Assembly: GCA_951406725.2 (NCBI GenBank)
Contig: OX597821.1
Span: forward strand, 61,442,001-61,506,000
Origin: Octopus vulgaris
Lineage: Eukaryota
Reading direction: 5' to 3'
Length of the DNA stretch: 64,000 bases
Shown: one piece after another, positions 39,848 through 51,754 of the stretch
How the letters are laid out: every line of letters begins with the position of its first letter
Position numbering within the stretch: position 1 is the stretch's first letter
The notes under the pieces: generated by a model
Told to the model about the DNA's origin: nothing
Seen by the model: only the letters and a program-made list of their open reading frames with translations
The model's database searches: none
Translations under genes and position numbers: made by a program

Positions 39848-40225
39848 ACATATGAGTTCTCCAAACATCTTAGTGGGTGAGGCTACACTCATGAAGTATC
39901 GGAGATAATTTTATAAAAAGCAAATTCAGGTTGTAAGCGGACTTCCAAAGTTCTTTAATGATGATGCACAGTCTTATCACAGGTTTAAAAAAAGCTTATT
40001 AGCTTCACAGAGAAGATGAATCTCTGGAAATTTGCACCTACATTATGGACTGATTCATCTTCTCTGTGAAGCTAATAAGCTTTTTTAAACCTGTGATAAG
40101 ACTGTGCATCATCATTAAAGAACTTTGGAAGTCCGCTTACAACCTGAATTTGCTTTTTATAAAATTATCTCCGATACTTCATGAGTGTAGCCTCACCCAC
40201 TAAGATGTTTGGAGAAATCATATGT

Positions 40226-40320
40226 GTTTTAGCTGATGAGTACGGGACACTTGTATTTGCTGCAATATTTGCAGCTTTTAATAAAGCCTGTCATTGTATG
40301 AAACAATTGTACTAAAAAAC
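40226..40320 (+). ncRNA. Minimal type-I hammerhead ribozyme
   Basis: CTGATGA 40233-39, GAAA 40300-03, CAATTG 40304-09, TA 40310-11 (predicted cut after 40311), stem I' CTAAAA. Internal hairpins GCTGCAA-TAT-TTGCAGC and GCTTT-TAAT-AAAGC lie in loop II. Confidence 0.85.
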
Positions 40321-40346
40321 TAATCCATTCTTGTTGCTTTTTTCTC

Positions 40347-40411
<65 letters not shown>

Positions 40412-40559
40412 CTAGGAAAGTAATGATGAAGCACAGAAAATAGAAATTTGTGTATACCTCTCCTAAAAAGCAATCAATATGAATGGTAGTACTAAACTTT
40501 AGCAAACACTACCATTCAATATGAATAGTAGTACTAAACTTTAGCAAACACGCGCACAC

Positions 40560-40642
<83 letters not shown>

Positions 40643-42668
40643 CACAAGCGGTTACATGAATGCGGAGGAAGGACATTCGTATACATATGGATTTATGCTA
40701 ACGTAATACATTGCTTAGCTGACATCACATTTCCAGTTCCACAGAGTTCAAATGATATTTCATTTACCATTTTTTGCCTGCACCTTTATATCATTTATGC
40801 AACTGCTCTCCTCCAACAATGCTAGCATTCCAAATACGATCTTAATATTGAATCAGTCTATTATTTCATTCGCATTCAGAAATTGATTGTGTTATTTATA
40901 TACACGCTGAAGAAAAGATTCGTAACTATATCCTGCATCAGGAACAGGGCACGTAGGTTACTATTCCTCATAATATATTTCGAATGAAATCAAATATTTC
41001 ATTATTTCGACTACGTTTGGTTTCGTTCTGTTTGAATATACTTTGATGAAAACACCATTGCATTATTCGTGTTTGCTGACTTCTATTAAAATATAACCCG
41101 GCCTCTTATAAGTCTTTCAAAACTTTGAGACAAAGCCTGCAATTTTAGTGTAGGGAAAATCTATTACTTCGACCCTATATTTTAAATGGTACTTATTTTG
41201 TCGCACCCCAACCATGAAAAGCACAGTAGAATTTGAATTCAGAACGTAAATAGCAGCGAAAAATGGTGCGAAACATTTTGTCCGAAGCGCTGGCTAATTT
41301 TCCAGCTCGTCGCATTAACATAGTATATTATAATATGAAGTTATATAAATATGTTTTCAAGTATTGCACCCTTTTGGGCTTACAGAAACGAAAAATAATG
41401 CTAACACTGTAAGACATCTTTAGCTCGTAGATAAATGCATATAGTTCCTTCTTTAACATCTCCATCATCCTTTGTAGTTGTAAAAATGTTAAAGAGCACC
41501 ATTATAATACAGTTATGCACGTGAAGTAATACCCTGTTTTTGAAAATACGTATTTGCTTAATAAAATCAGAAACGAATGTTTTCATGTCTATGAGTACAC
41601 GATTTAAAACTGTTCTGAGATCTAAGATGTATTTATACCATATACATGTGGTATAAATACATATACATGTACGTAGACGGACGAAGAGGTATTAAAATGT
41701 TCCTGTTTCTGGGTAAAAGCAAATATAGACGGATCAGTTAATTATGATTTTATTCAACGTATTCCCCTCTCAGACTCACACATCTATTGCAGTGGCCATT
41801 CAGATTTTCTAAGACTTTTAAAAGAACTCGGAAGATTGGGCCACCAGCCAGGTCCTTCGTGAAACCCTTAAAGCCAAGAACTGTTCAGCGCTCCCTCGTA
41901 TACATATACATCATATATATATAATTCTTTATTGCCCACAAGTGGCTAAACATAGAGGAGACAAACAAAGACAGACATAGGTATTAAGTCGATTACATCG
42001 ACTCCAGTGCGTAACTGGTACTTATTTAATCGACCCCGAAAGGATGAAAGGCAAAGTCGACCTCGGCGGAATTTGAAGTCAGAACGTAGCGGCAGACGAA
42101 CTACCGCTAAGCATTTATCCCGGCGTGCTAAAGATTCTGCCTGCTCGCCGCCTTTTCATATACATATATATACCCACACACTTACACACACATACACACG
42201 CATATATAAGTATGTGTGTGTGCATACGTATAAGTGTAACTCCTTTAATTTTTATATATGTACATATTCCTATAGTATAGTTTTTACTTGTATATGTTGA
42301 TGTAAGCAGTTTTGCCGCTCCAAAGTTAGCACAGAGGAGAGTTTGGCATTTTCTTGACGTAACGATTGCTAATATTTAGAATAAAACATAAGGCGTCGAG
42401 TTGGTGGAATTGTTAGCACGCCGGGAAAAATGCAGTATTTCGTCCGTCTTTACGTTCTGAGATTAAATTCCGCCGAGCTGAACTTTGCCTTCAACTTTTC
42501 TGAGCCTATAAAATAAGTACCAGTTGAACACTAGCGTCAATGTAATCCACTTACCCCATTCCCCGAAATTGCTGGTCTTGTGGTGGCAAAGCTCGAAACC
42601 ATTATTTACAATGAAACAAGCAACACACCTTGTAAACCACGCTTACATTTTTAGTTGGACTTTTTTCA

Positions 42669-42705
<37 letters not shown>

Positions 42706-42845
42706 AAAAGCAATTAAGATTCAAGTCAGTTCTAATGAATTCACTTGAATGCGGTACTTAACTTAGATGCACCAGAAAACTATATGGTATACATACAATA
42801 ATGTGGGGTGATTATAAACGAGAAAAAAGCAACAAGAATGGATTA

Positions 42846-42940
42846 GTTTTTTAGTACAATTGTTTCATACAAAGACAGGCTTTATTAAAAGCTGCAAATA
42901 TTGCAGCAAATACAAGTGTCCCGTACTCATCAGCTAAAAC
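42846..42940 (-). ncRNA. Minimal type-I hammerhead ribozyme (copy 2, left arm)
   Basis: Same motif as 39754-39847. Confidence 0.85.
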
Positions 42941-43318
42941 ACATATGAGTTCTCCAAACATCTTAGTGGGTGAGGCTACACTCATGAAGTATCGGAGATA
43001 ATTTTATAAAAAGCAAATTCAGGTTGTAAGCGGACTTCCAAAGTTCTTTAATGATGATGCACAGTCTTATCACAGGTTTAAAAAAAGCTTATTAGCTTCA
43101 CAGAGAAGATGAATCTCTGGAAATTTGCACCTACATTATGGACTGATTCATCTTCTCTGTGAAGCTAATAAGCTTTTTTAAACCTGTGATAAGACTGTGC
43201 ATCATCATTAAAGAACTTTGGAAGTCCGCTTACAACCTGAATTTGCTTTTTATAAAATTATCTCCGATACTTCATGAGTGTAGCCTCACCCACTAAGATG
43301 TTTGGAGAAATCATATGT

Positions 43319-43412
43319 GTTTTAGCTGATGAGTACAGGACACTTGTATTTGCTGCAATATTTGCAGCTTTTAATAAAGCCTGTCATTGTATGAAACAAT
43401 TGTACTAAAAAA
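43319..43412 (+). ncRNA. Minimal type-I hammerhead ribozyme (copy 2, right arm)
   Basis: CTGATGA 43326-32, GAAA 43393-96, CAATTG-TA; one variant in distal stem II (GTACAGGACA). Confidence 0.85.
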
Positions 43413-43439
43413 CTAATCCATTCTTGTTGCTTTTTTCTC

Positions 43440-43508
<69 letters not shown>

Positions 43509-43656
43509 CTAGGAAAGTAATGATGAAGCACAGAAAATAGAAATTTGTGTATACCTCTCCTAAAAAGCAATCAATATGAATGGTAGTACTAAACTTTAGC
43601 AAACACTACCATTCAATATGAATGGTAGTACTAAACTTTAGCAAACACGCGCACAC

Positions 43657-43724
<68 letters not shown>

Positions 43725-45765
43725 GTGTGTGTATATGCACAAGCGGTTACATGAATGCGGAGGAAGGACATTCGTATACATATGGATTTATGCTAACGTA
43801 ATACATTGCTTAGCTGACATCACATTTCCAGTTCCACAGAGTTCAAATGATATTTCATTTACCATTTTTTGCCTGCACCTTTATATCATTTATGCAACTG
43901 CTCTCCTCCAACAATGCTAGCATTCCAAATACGATCTTAATATTGAATCAGTCTATTATTTCATTCGCATTCAGAAATTGATTGTGTTATTTATATACAC
44001 GCTGAAGAAAAGATTCGTAACTATATCCTGCATCAGGAACAGGGCACGTAGGTTACTATTCCTCATAATATATTTCGAATGAAATCAAATATTTCATTAT
44101 TTCGACTACGTTTGGTTTCGTTCTGTTTGAATATACTTTGATGAAAACACCATTGCATTATTCGTGTTTGCTGACTTCTATTAAAATATAACCCGGCCTC
44201 TTATAAGTCTTTCAAAACTTTGAGACAAAGCCTGCAATTTTAGTGTAGGGAAAATCTATTACTTCGACCCTATATTTTAAATGGTACTTATTTTGTCGCA
44301 CCCCAACCATGAAAAGCACAGTAGAATTTGAATTCAGAACGTAAATAGCAGCGAAAAATGGTGCGAAACATTTTGTCCGAAGCGCTGGCTAATTTTCCAG
44401 CTCGTCGCATTAACATAGTATATTATAATATGAAGTTATATAAATATGTTTTCAAGTATTGCACCCTTTTGGGCTTACAGAAACGAAAAATAATGCTAAC
44501 ACTGTAAGACATCTTTAGCTCGTAGATAAATGCATATAGTTCCTTCTTTAACATCTCCATCATCCTTTGTAGTTGTAAAAATGTTAAAGAGCACCATTAT
44601 AATACAGTTATGCACGTGAAGTAATACCCTGTTTTTGAAAATACGTATTTGCTTAATAAAATCAGAAACGAATGTTTTCATGTCTATGAGTACACGATTT
44701 AAAACTGTTCTGAGATCTAAGATGTATTTATACCATATACATGTGGTATAAATACATATACATGTACGTAGACGGACGAAGAGGTATTAAAATGTTCCTG
44801 TTTCTGGGTAAAAGCAAATATAGACGGATCAGTTAATTATGATTTTATTCAACGTATTCCCCTCTCAGACTCACACATCTATTGCAGTGGCCATTCAGAT
44901 TTTCTAAGACTTTTAAAAGAACTCGGAAGATTGGGCCACCAGCCAGGTCCTTCGTGAAACCCTTAAAGCCAAGAACTGTTCAGCGCTCCCTCGTATACAT
45001 ATACATCATATATATATAATTCTTTATTGCCCACAAGTGGCTAAACATAGAGGAGACAAACAAAGACAGACATAGGTATTAAGTCGATTACATCGACTCC
45101 AGTGCGTAACTGGTACTTATTTAATCGACCCCGAAAGGATGAAAGGCAAAGTCGACCTCGGCGGAATTTGAAGTCAGAACGTAGCGGCAGACGAACTACC
45201 GCTAAGCATTTATCCCGGCGTGCTAAAGATTCTGCCTGCTCGCCGCCTTTTCATATACATATATATACCCACACACTTACACACACATACACACGCATAT
45301 ATAAGTATGTGTGTGTGCATACGTATAAGTGTAACTCCTTTAATTTTTTTATATATGTACATATTCCTATAGTATAGTTTTTACTTGTATATGTTGATGT
45401 AAGCAGTTTTGCCGCTCCAAAGTTAGCACAGAGGAGAGTTTGGCATTTTCTTGACGTAACGATTGCTAATATTTAGAATAAAACATAAGGCGTCGAGTTG
45501 GTGGAATTGTTAGCACGCCGGGAAAAATGCAGTATTTCGTCCGTCTTTACGTTCTGAGATTAAATTCCGCCGAGCTGAACTTTGCCTTCAACTTTTCTGA
45601 GCCTATAAAATAAGTACCAGTTGAACACTAGCGTCAATGTAATCCACTTACCCCATTCCCCGAAATTGCTGGTCTTGTGGTGGCAAAGCTCGAAACCATT
45701 ATTTACAATGAAACAAGCAACACACCTTGTAAACCACGCTTACATTTTTAGTTGGACTTTTTTCA

Positions 45766-45802
<37 letters not shown>

Positions 45803-45941
45803 AAAGCAATTAAGATTCAAGTCAGTTCTAATGAATTCACTTGAATGCGGTACTTAACTTAGATGCACCAGAAAACTATATGGTATACATACAATAATGT
45901 GGGGTGATTATAAACGAGAAAAAAGCAACAAGAATGGATTA

Positions 45942-46036
45942 GTTTTTTAGTACAATTGTTTCATACAAAGACAGGCTTTATTAAAAGCTGCAAATATTGC
46001 AGCAAATACAAGTGTCCCGTACTCATCAGCTAAAAC
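45942..46036 (-). ncRNA. Minimal type-I hammerhead ribozyme (copy 3, left arm)
   Basis: Same motif as 39754-39847. Confidence 0.85.
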
Positions 46037-46414
46037 ACATATGAGTTCTCCAAACATCTTAGTGGGTGAGGCTACACTCATGAAGTATCGGAGATAATTT
46101 TATAAAAAGCAAATTCAGGTTGTAAGCGGACTTCCAAAGTTCTTTAATGATGATGCACAGTCTTATCACAGGTTTAAAAAAGCTTATTAGCTTCACAGAG
46201 AAGATGAATCTCTGGAAATTTGCACCTACATTATGGACTGATTCATCTTCTCTGTGAAGCTAATAAGCTTTTTTTAAACCTGTGATAAGACTGTGCATCA
46301 TCATTAAAGAACTTTGGAAGTCCGCTTACAACCTGAATTTGCTTTTTATAAAATTATCTCCGATACTTCATGAGTGTAGCCTCACCCACTAAGATGTTTG
46401 GAGAAATCATATGT

Positions 46415-46508
46415 GTTTTAGCTGATGAGTACGGGACACTTGTATTTGCTGCAATATTTGCAGCTTTTAATAAAGCCTGTCATTGTATGAAACAATTGTA
46501 CTAAAAAC
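46415..46508 (+). ncRNA. Minimal type-I hammerhead ribozyme (copy 3, right arm)
   Basis: CTGATGA 46422-28 ... GAAA-CAATTG-TA-CTAAAAAC. Confidence 0.85.
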
Positions 46509-46534
46509 TAATCCATTCTTGTTGCTTTTTTCTC

Positions 46535-46595
<61 letters not shown>

Positions 46596-47081
46596 CTAGG
46601 AAAGTAATGATGAAGCACAGAAAATAGAAATTTGTGTATACCTCTCCTAAAAAGCAATCAATATGAATGGTAGTACTAAACTTTAGCAAACAATCAAGTG
46701 ATCTATTAAAAGCTAGCTTACATATTATGGGATCGAATGAGATCTGAAGGAGCATTGCTCATAATTAACAAATGAAGGATTGAATAAAGCTACGTCAATG
46801 TAGTGATGTTTTCTTCAATTCAAATAATTATTCGATGTGGGTGTCATGTAAAGGAAGGTAAATATATTCGTAGCTATTTGAGTATTGCTTTCAATTCAAT
46901 TTAATGAATTCTCTTTCTGTATTTCACATATACTCACATTCCTTCTCTCTCTCTCTTCTCTCTCTCTCTTCTCTCTCTCTCTTTCTCTCACTCTCTCTCT
47001 CTGTGCGTGTTTTATTCATGTATTAGTAGAATAAGAGCTTGTTTGTGTTAATGGGAATAATTTATATTACTCTTTACTGAT

Positions 47082-47135
<54 letters not shown>

Positions 47136-47799
47136 CCACTTTCACTTTCACTTTGCATGCGTAGGTTTATTTCCCATTGAAACGATTATATATATATATA
47201 TATATAAAACCATAACATATTTCTAAAAAGTAATCTGTTCTATGCATATATCAGGTATAATATTTAGTGATTACATAAAGATCAACGTAAGTAAAAATTC
47301 ATTATTTTTGCATAAATATGCCATAGCAAGCATGCAAGCATCTCATGCAGAATAAACGTGAACGCCGATAAATGAATTTACTGAAAGACACGAACTATTT
47401 AAGCCGCGCCAAGTTCTCCGCATAAATATTTCTAGATAGATTTTGCATGTATTCGAACTATTTAAATATTGTTAAGCAAAATACACAATAATAAAACAAC
47501 TGGAGTCATTCAAAAATGTTGACCACTAATCATTTCACTTATATGCCCAAACAGTGAAACCTCTTTGCCTCCTCTTTTAGTATGTTATATACTTCTCTGT
47601 ACATGTTTGAGATTCTTATTCTATCGCTGAAATTCAGCTTAAAATACATTCATGGCAGTCAATATCTGCAGATATGGTTTCTTTAAAAACTGCTTTTTTT
47701 CTTTTTCTCTCGCATATGTTAAATGGCTCTCATGCGGCTTCATGCATATTACAGTTTGGATAACAAAAATGGACACATAACAAAATGTAGAACAGTGAT

Positions 47800-48062
47800 C
47801 TTCTTAATCATTGTTGCCCCTTGTAGAGCATAGGGCCTCAACAGTTGTTTTCCACTTCTTGCGGTCATTGGCGTGTTTCTCGGCTGCTTCCCATGTCAGG
47901 CCGGTGGTCCTGAGCTCGTCCAAAATACTCTGCTTCCATGTCTGATTCGGGCGCTCTCGCTTCCTTTTCTCCTGCGGGTTCCAGTCAAGTGCTTGTCGTG
48001 TCACATTTGAGGGTTCTTTCTGCAGTGTGTGTCCAATCCATCTCCATTTCTTTCGGATAACA
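47800..48062 (-). mobile_element. RTE-clade LINE 3' end
   Basis: IRKKWRWIGHTLQKEPSNVTRQALDWNPQEKRKRERPNQTWKQSILDELRTTGLTWEAAEKHANDRKKWKTTVEALCS, a classic RTE C-terminus. Confidence 0.9.
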
Positions 48063-48536
48063 GGCAGGAAATATTTACGTGTATGAATACAATATTTCTT
48101 AGATTGTTAAGTATTGTATTAAAAAAAGTCTCTTGACCTGTTAAGTATTTGGTATCAATGAGAATTAGTTATTACGAGGCGGAAAACTATGTAATGAACA
48201 CATGATATTAAGAGTTCAAAGGCATGCAAGTTAAAGCAATACGCAAATAAATGAATACCAGATGAATTCAAATAAATGAATACAGGTGTTAACATTTTGC
48301 AATTTATACAATAGCTTCAGGAGTTATTGTGTATTTCGTTCAAGTAGACGATATAATTACATTACGATTTACTGAGTTGTTGAAAACGTTATTTTAAAAT
48401 TAGTTTTCCTCAGCTGATGTTGATGCATGTCTTTATTAAGTTTACAAAAATAAATCCTTTCAGGCTATAATTATGATACATATAGAAATGCATGCATACA
48501 TACATACATACATACGCACACGCATATGTAGTTATG

Positions 48537-48623
<87 letters not shown>

Positions 48624-48913
48624 AGCATTCGGCTTACGATCGTAAGGTTGTAAGTTCAATTCCCGTCGACGCGTTGTGTCCTTGAGCAAGCCATTTTATT
48701 TCACGGTGCTCCAGTTCACTCAGCTGGGAAAAATAAGTAGCCCATGTATTTCAAAGGGCCAGTCTTGTCAACTATGTGTCACGCTGAATCTCCCTGAGAA
48801 CTAGGTTCAGTGCATACGTATCTGTGGTGTACTCAGCCATTTGCACGTTAATTTCCCGAGCAATCTGTTCTGTATCAGCTGGGATCCGTGTGATCGTAAC
48901 CGACGGAGTGCTC

Positions 48914-48915
<2 letters not shown>
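48624..48915 (+). mobile_element. tRNA-derived SINE family C
   Basis: B-box GTAAGTTCAATTCCCG, GTGTCCTTGAGCAAG central motif, body shared with 34332-34514. Confidence 0.75.
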
Positions 48916-48991
<76 letters not shown>

Positions 48992-48997
48992 GTATAG

Positions 48998-49029
<32 letters not shown>

Positions 49030-49033
49030 ATTC

Positions 49034-49104
49034 AAAGGGCTAAAAAACCACTAGTTTGATCTACTTCTAGCATAGGGCTGCCACCTAGTGTTTTTTAGCC
49101 CTTT
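49034..49104. repeat. Short inverted repeat (MITE-like)
   Basis: AAAGGGCTAAAAAACCACTAG ... CTAGTGTTTTTTAGCCCTTT. Confidence 0.7.
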
Positions 49105-49303
49105 AAATATACACATGTAATAGAATTCTCTCTGATTTTTCAGATTTCTGTATGCTAGACTACTGGTTTTAAATTGATATTAATTAAATTAATATTCAAT
49201 TTATCGCCCTCATTATTTAAATATATATATATATATATAAATATATAATAATAATAATCATAAAAATAATGATAAAAATAATAATAATATATATATATAT
49301 ATA

Positions 49304-49844
49304 CATTATGTCAGGTCACTTTCGAGTGCTACTGGCAACATGTAACCCTGTTACATGGTCGGGTCGTCGGCGACTAAACCGGCAACCCCACCAAGCTTGC
49401 TTGGTGAGGAGGGGGTTTATTGGACACCCTGCGGGATGAAAAACAAAACTCGTCAAAGAGCGGAGGAACTCTTGAGGACCATCCAATAAATATCTTAAGG
49501 ATGTATCATGCGCGGGGACATAGAAATAATCGGACTAAATACCCGATCGCGCAGTTAAACCATTGGGAGTGAAGGACTCCTAGACTTTGTTAGGGCATCT
49601 TTATAGGAGAAGGTAACTCAGGAACTGGGATAACTCCGACGTAAGACCTGCGGCTCAGTGGTTACCGATGATGTTGACTTGTTCTTCTTTTCGGATTAAG
49701 GATGCTATTGCTTAGTGAGTGGGATTGACTCAGTGCACAGCCTTTCGTCACTTAAAAATAATCTTCTTGCACAGGCATTGCACGATAACAACATTGATTA
49801 AGCTTCGTGCAATGGCCATACTCGATAATGAGGGGGCAGTCACC
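49304..49844 (+). mobile_element. RTE 5'-UTR-like non-autonomous element in (TA)n
   Basis: GC-rich 540-bp block between TA tracts. TAGGGCATCTTTATAGGAGAAGGTAACTC (49591-49619) resembles the RTE 5'-region motif TAGGGCA...AGGAGAAGGAAAACTC. Confidence 0.55.
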
Positions 49845-49870
49845 ATATATCCATATATATATAATATATA

Positions 49871-49970
49871 AGTTCAACAAAACAATTTAGATTCAAATGA
49901 ATATGGTACTTAATTTAGATGCACCAGAATTTTTTATGGTATTACCCATAAAGTTATGTGGGGTGATTTG
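49871..49970 (-). mobile_element. Solo 3'-tail fragment of the hammerhead element family
   Basis: GGTACTTAATTTAGATGCACCAGAA..TATGGTAT..ATGTGGGGTGATT matches 39661-39721; flanked by (TA)n. Confidence 0.8.
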
Positions 49971-49974
49971 TATA

Positions 49975-50007
<33 letters not shown>

Positions 50008-50180
50008 GTATATATATATATTTTTTTTCACAATCCGCTCTTATATTGTTTCGGTTTTATAGATTGTGTCTAGTCAATCCAAGCACCGATTTCTAGAAAT
50101 TCACATCATATATATACACGTATATGTTCACCTATCTGTCTATCTCCATATATACTCAAGTATGTACATATATACATACA

Positions 50181-50329
<149 letters not shown>

Positions 50330-50807
50330 GAAATCATCATTGCCTAGCACATTAATGTGTGTTATTAATGATTCTTCATTGCTGTTGATTTCATGAGTGA
50401 GAGCATATGTATGTAGTATTTACACAGCTGAATTCTCCCTCTATTAATGTGGTTGTTTTTATTGGGTTACAGAAATCATACACGTTTATGATACGTCTGC
50501 AATGTTTCATCTGTTATGATGTAAATCAGATAATAAACACCAAATATGGTTCTAAAATGTGAAATATCAGTTAATTAATTCAGAGATACAAGTTCTATTC
50601 TAAACCACTGCTCAATATTTCATGACCAGTTTGATTCAGATCAGATGTGATCAAACTGATTGATCGAACTTCAAAGGCTTTCCCGCTGTAATCATCTAGC
50701 TTTCTATTTAGAGTGTGTACAAACATATGTAGACACACATACATGAATACGTAAAAAAATACATACATACGCATACATTTATATCTATATATCACTCTCT
50801 CTCTCTT

Positions 50808-50900
<93 letters not shown>

Positions 50901-51694
50901 ATGTGTGTACGTATATGTGTACACGTACACACACGCACACACACACATATATATATTAATACACATAGAGACACATACACGCGTACGCACACATATAAAC
51001 ACATATAGATACACACGCGCGTGCACGCACACATTTATGTGTTTATACATTGGGGAGTACATCTGGATAACTGAATGTCTGTGGATGTAGTTATGCCTCT
51101 ATATGTATGAACATATATGCACTTGTATGCATGATAATGTGTACTTCTGCCTTTCATATACATGTGTGTTTGTATTTATATATGATGTGAATTTCGGGAT
51201 ATCTGTGCTCTGATTGACTAGACATAATCTATAAAACTAGAACAATATAATAAAAAAGATGGCGGAAATATTCCGAAAGAGATTTTCAGTGCAGAATTAT
51301 AAAGAAAAACAGAAAAATTGGAGAAAAAAGAATAGAATCTAATGATTCATATGAAAATTAAAATATGGCAAAATACAACTGGTTTTGAGCCAATAGACAG
51401 ACCATTCGAATGGTTTCCCATAGTTAGTAGTTAGCTTTTAAAAAAATATATAATAATATATAATACAATAAAAAACAGTTTTGCAGAGGGAGCAGCTTTG
51501 CAAATTCTTGAGAATATACCTTGCAGGCAGAATATGGCAACATGATATTTCCTATCCAATTCGACTATATTTATTTTGGTCACCAAATTATCAATTCTCA
51601 GATATCATAAAGTTTAATATTCTATCTAGAGAAATATAATGAAACGAATACTTATAAGATTATATTTTCATACACACACATACACACAAACATA

Positions 51695-51754
<60 letters not shown>

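Larger units (their letters stand above)
39611..40348. mobile_element. Fold-back Penelope-like (inverted pLTR) element with twin hammerheads, inserted in (TA)n; copy 1
   Basis: Inverted arms 39726-40022 and 40052-40348 (~297 bp, 2 substitutions plus homopolymer differences), 29-nt spacer, and an unpaired 115-bp tail at 39611-39725. (TA)n on both sides. Confidence 0.85.
42702..43441. mobile_element. Fold-back twin-hammerhead element, copy 2
   Basis: Arms span 42818-43441; same organisation as copy 1. Confidence 0.85.
45799..46536. mobile_element. Fold-back twin-hammerhead element, copy 3
   Basis: Arms span 45914-46536; same organisation as copy 1. Confidence 0.85.
37449..46692. repeat. Tandem triplication of a ~3.09-kb unit
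   Basis: The same ORF-track entries recur at offsets 3093 and 3095 (38308/41401/44496; 38914/42007/45102). Differences are mostly homopolymer or microsatellite lengths plus rare SNPs. Confidence 0.97.

Noticed and set aside
37449-46692. Repeated small ORFs (MKTFVSDF..., MRNWYLFNRP...) as a gene cluster
   Set aside because: They recur only because of the triplication; the MRNWY ORF is antisense SINE A sequence.
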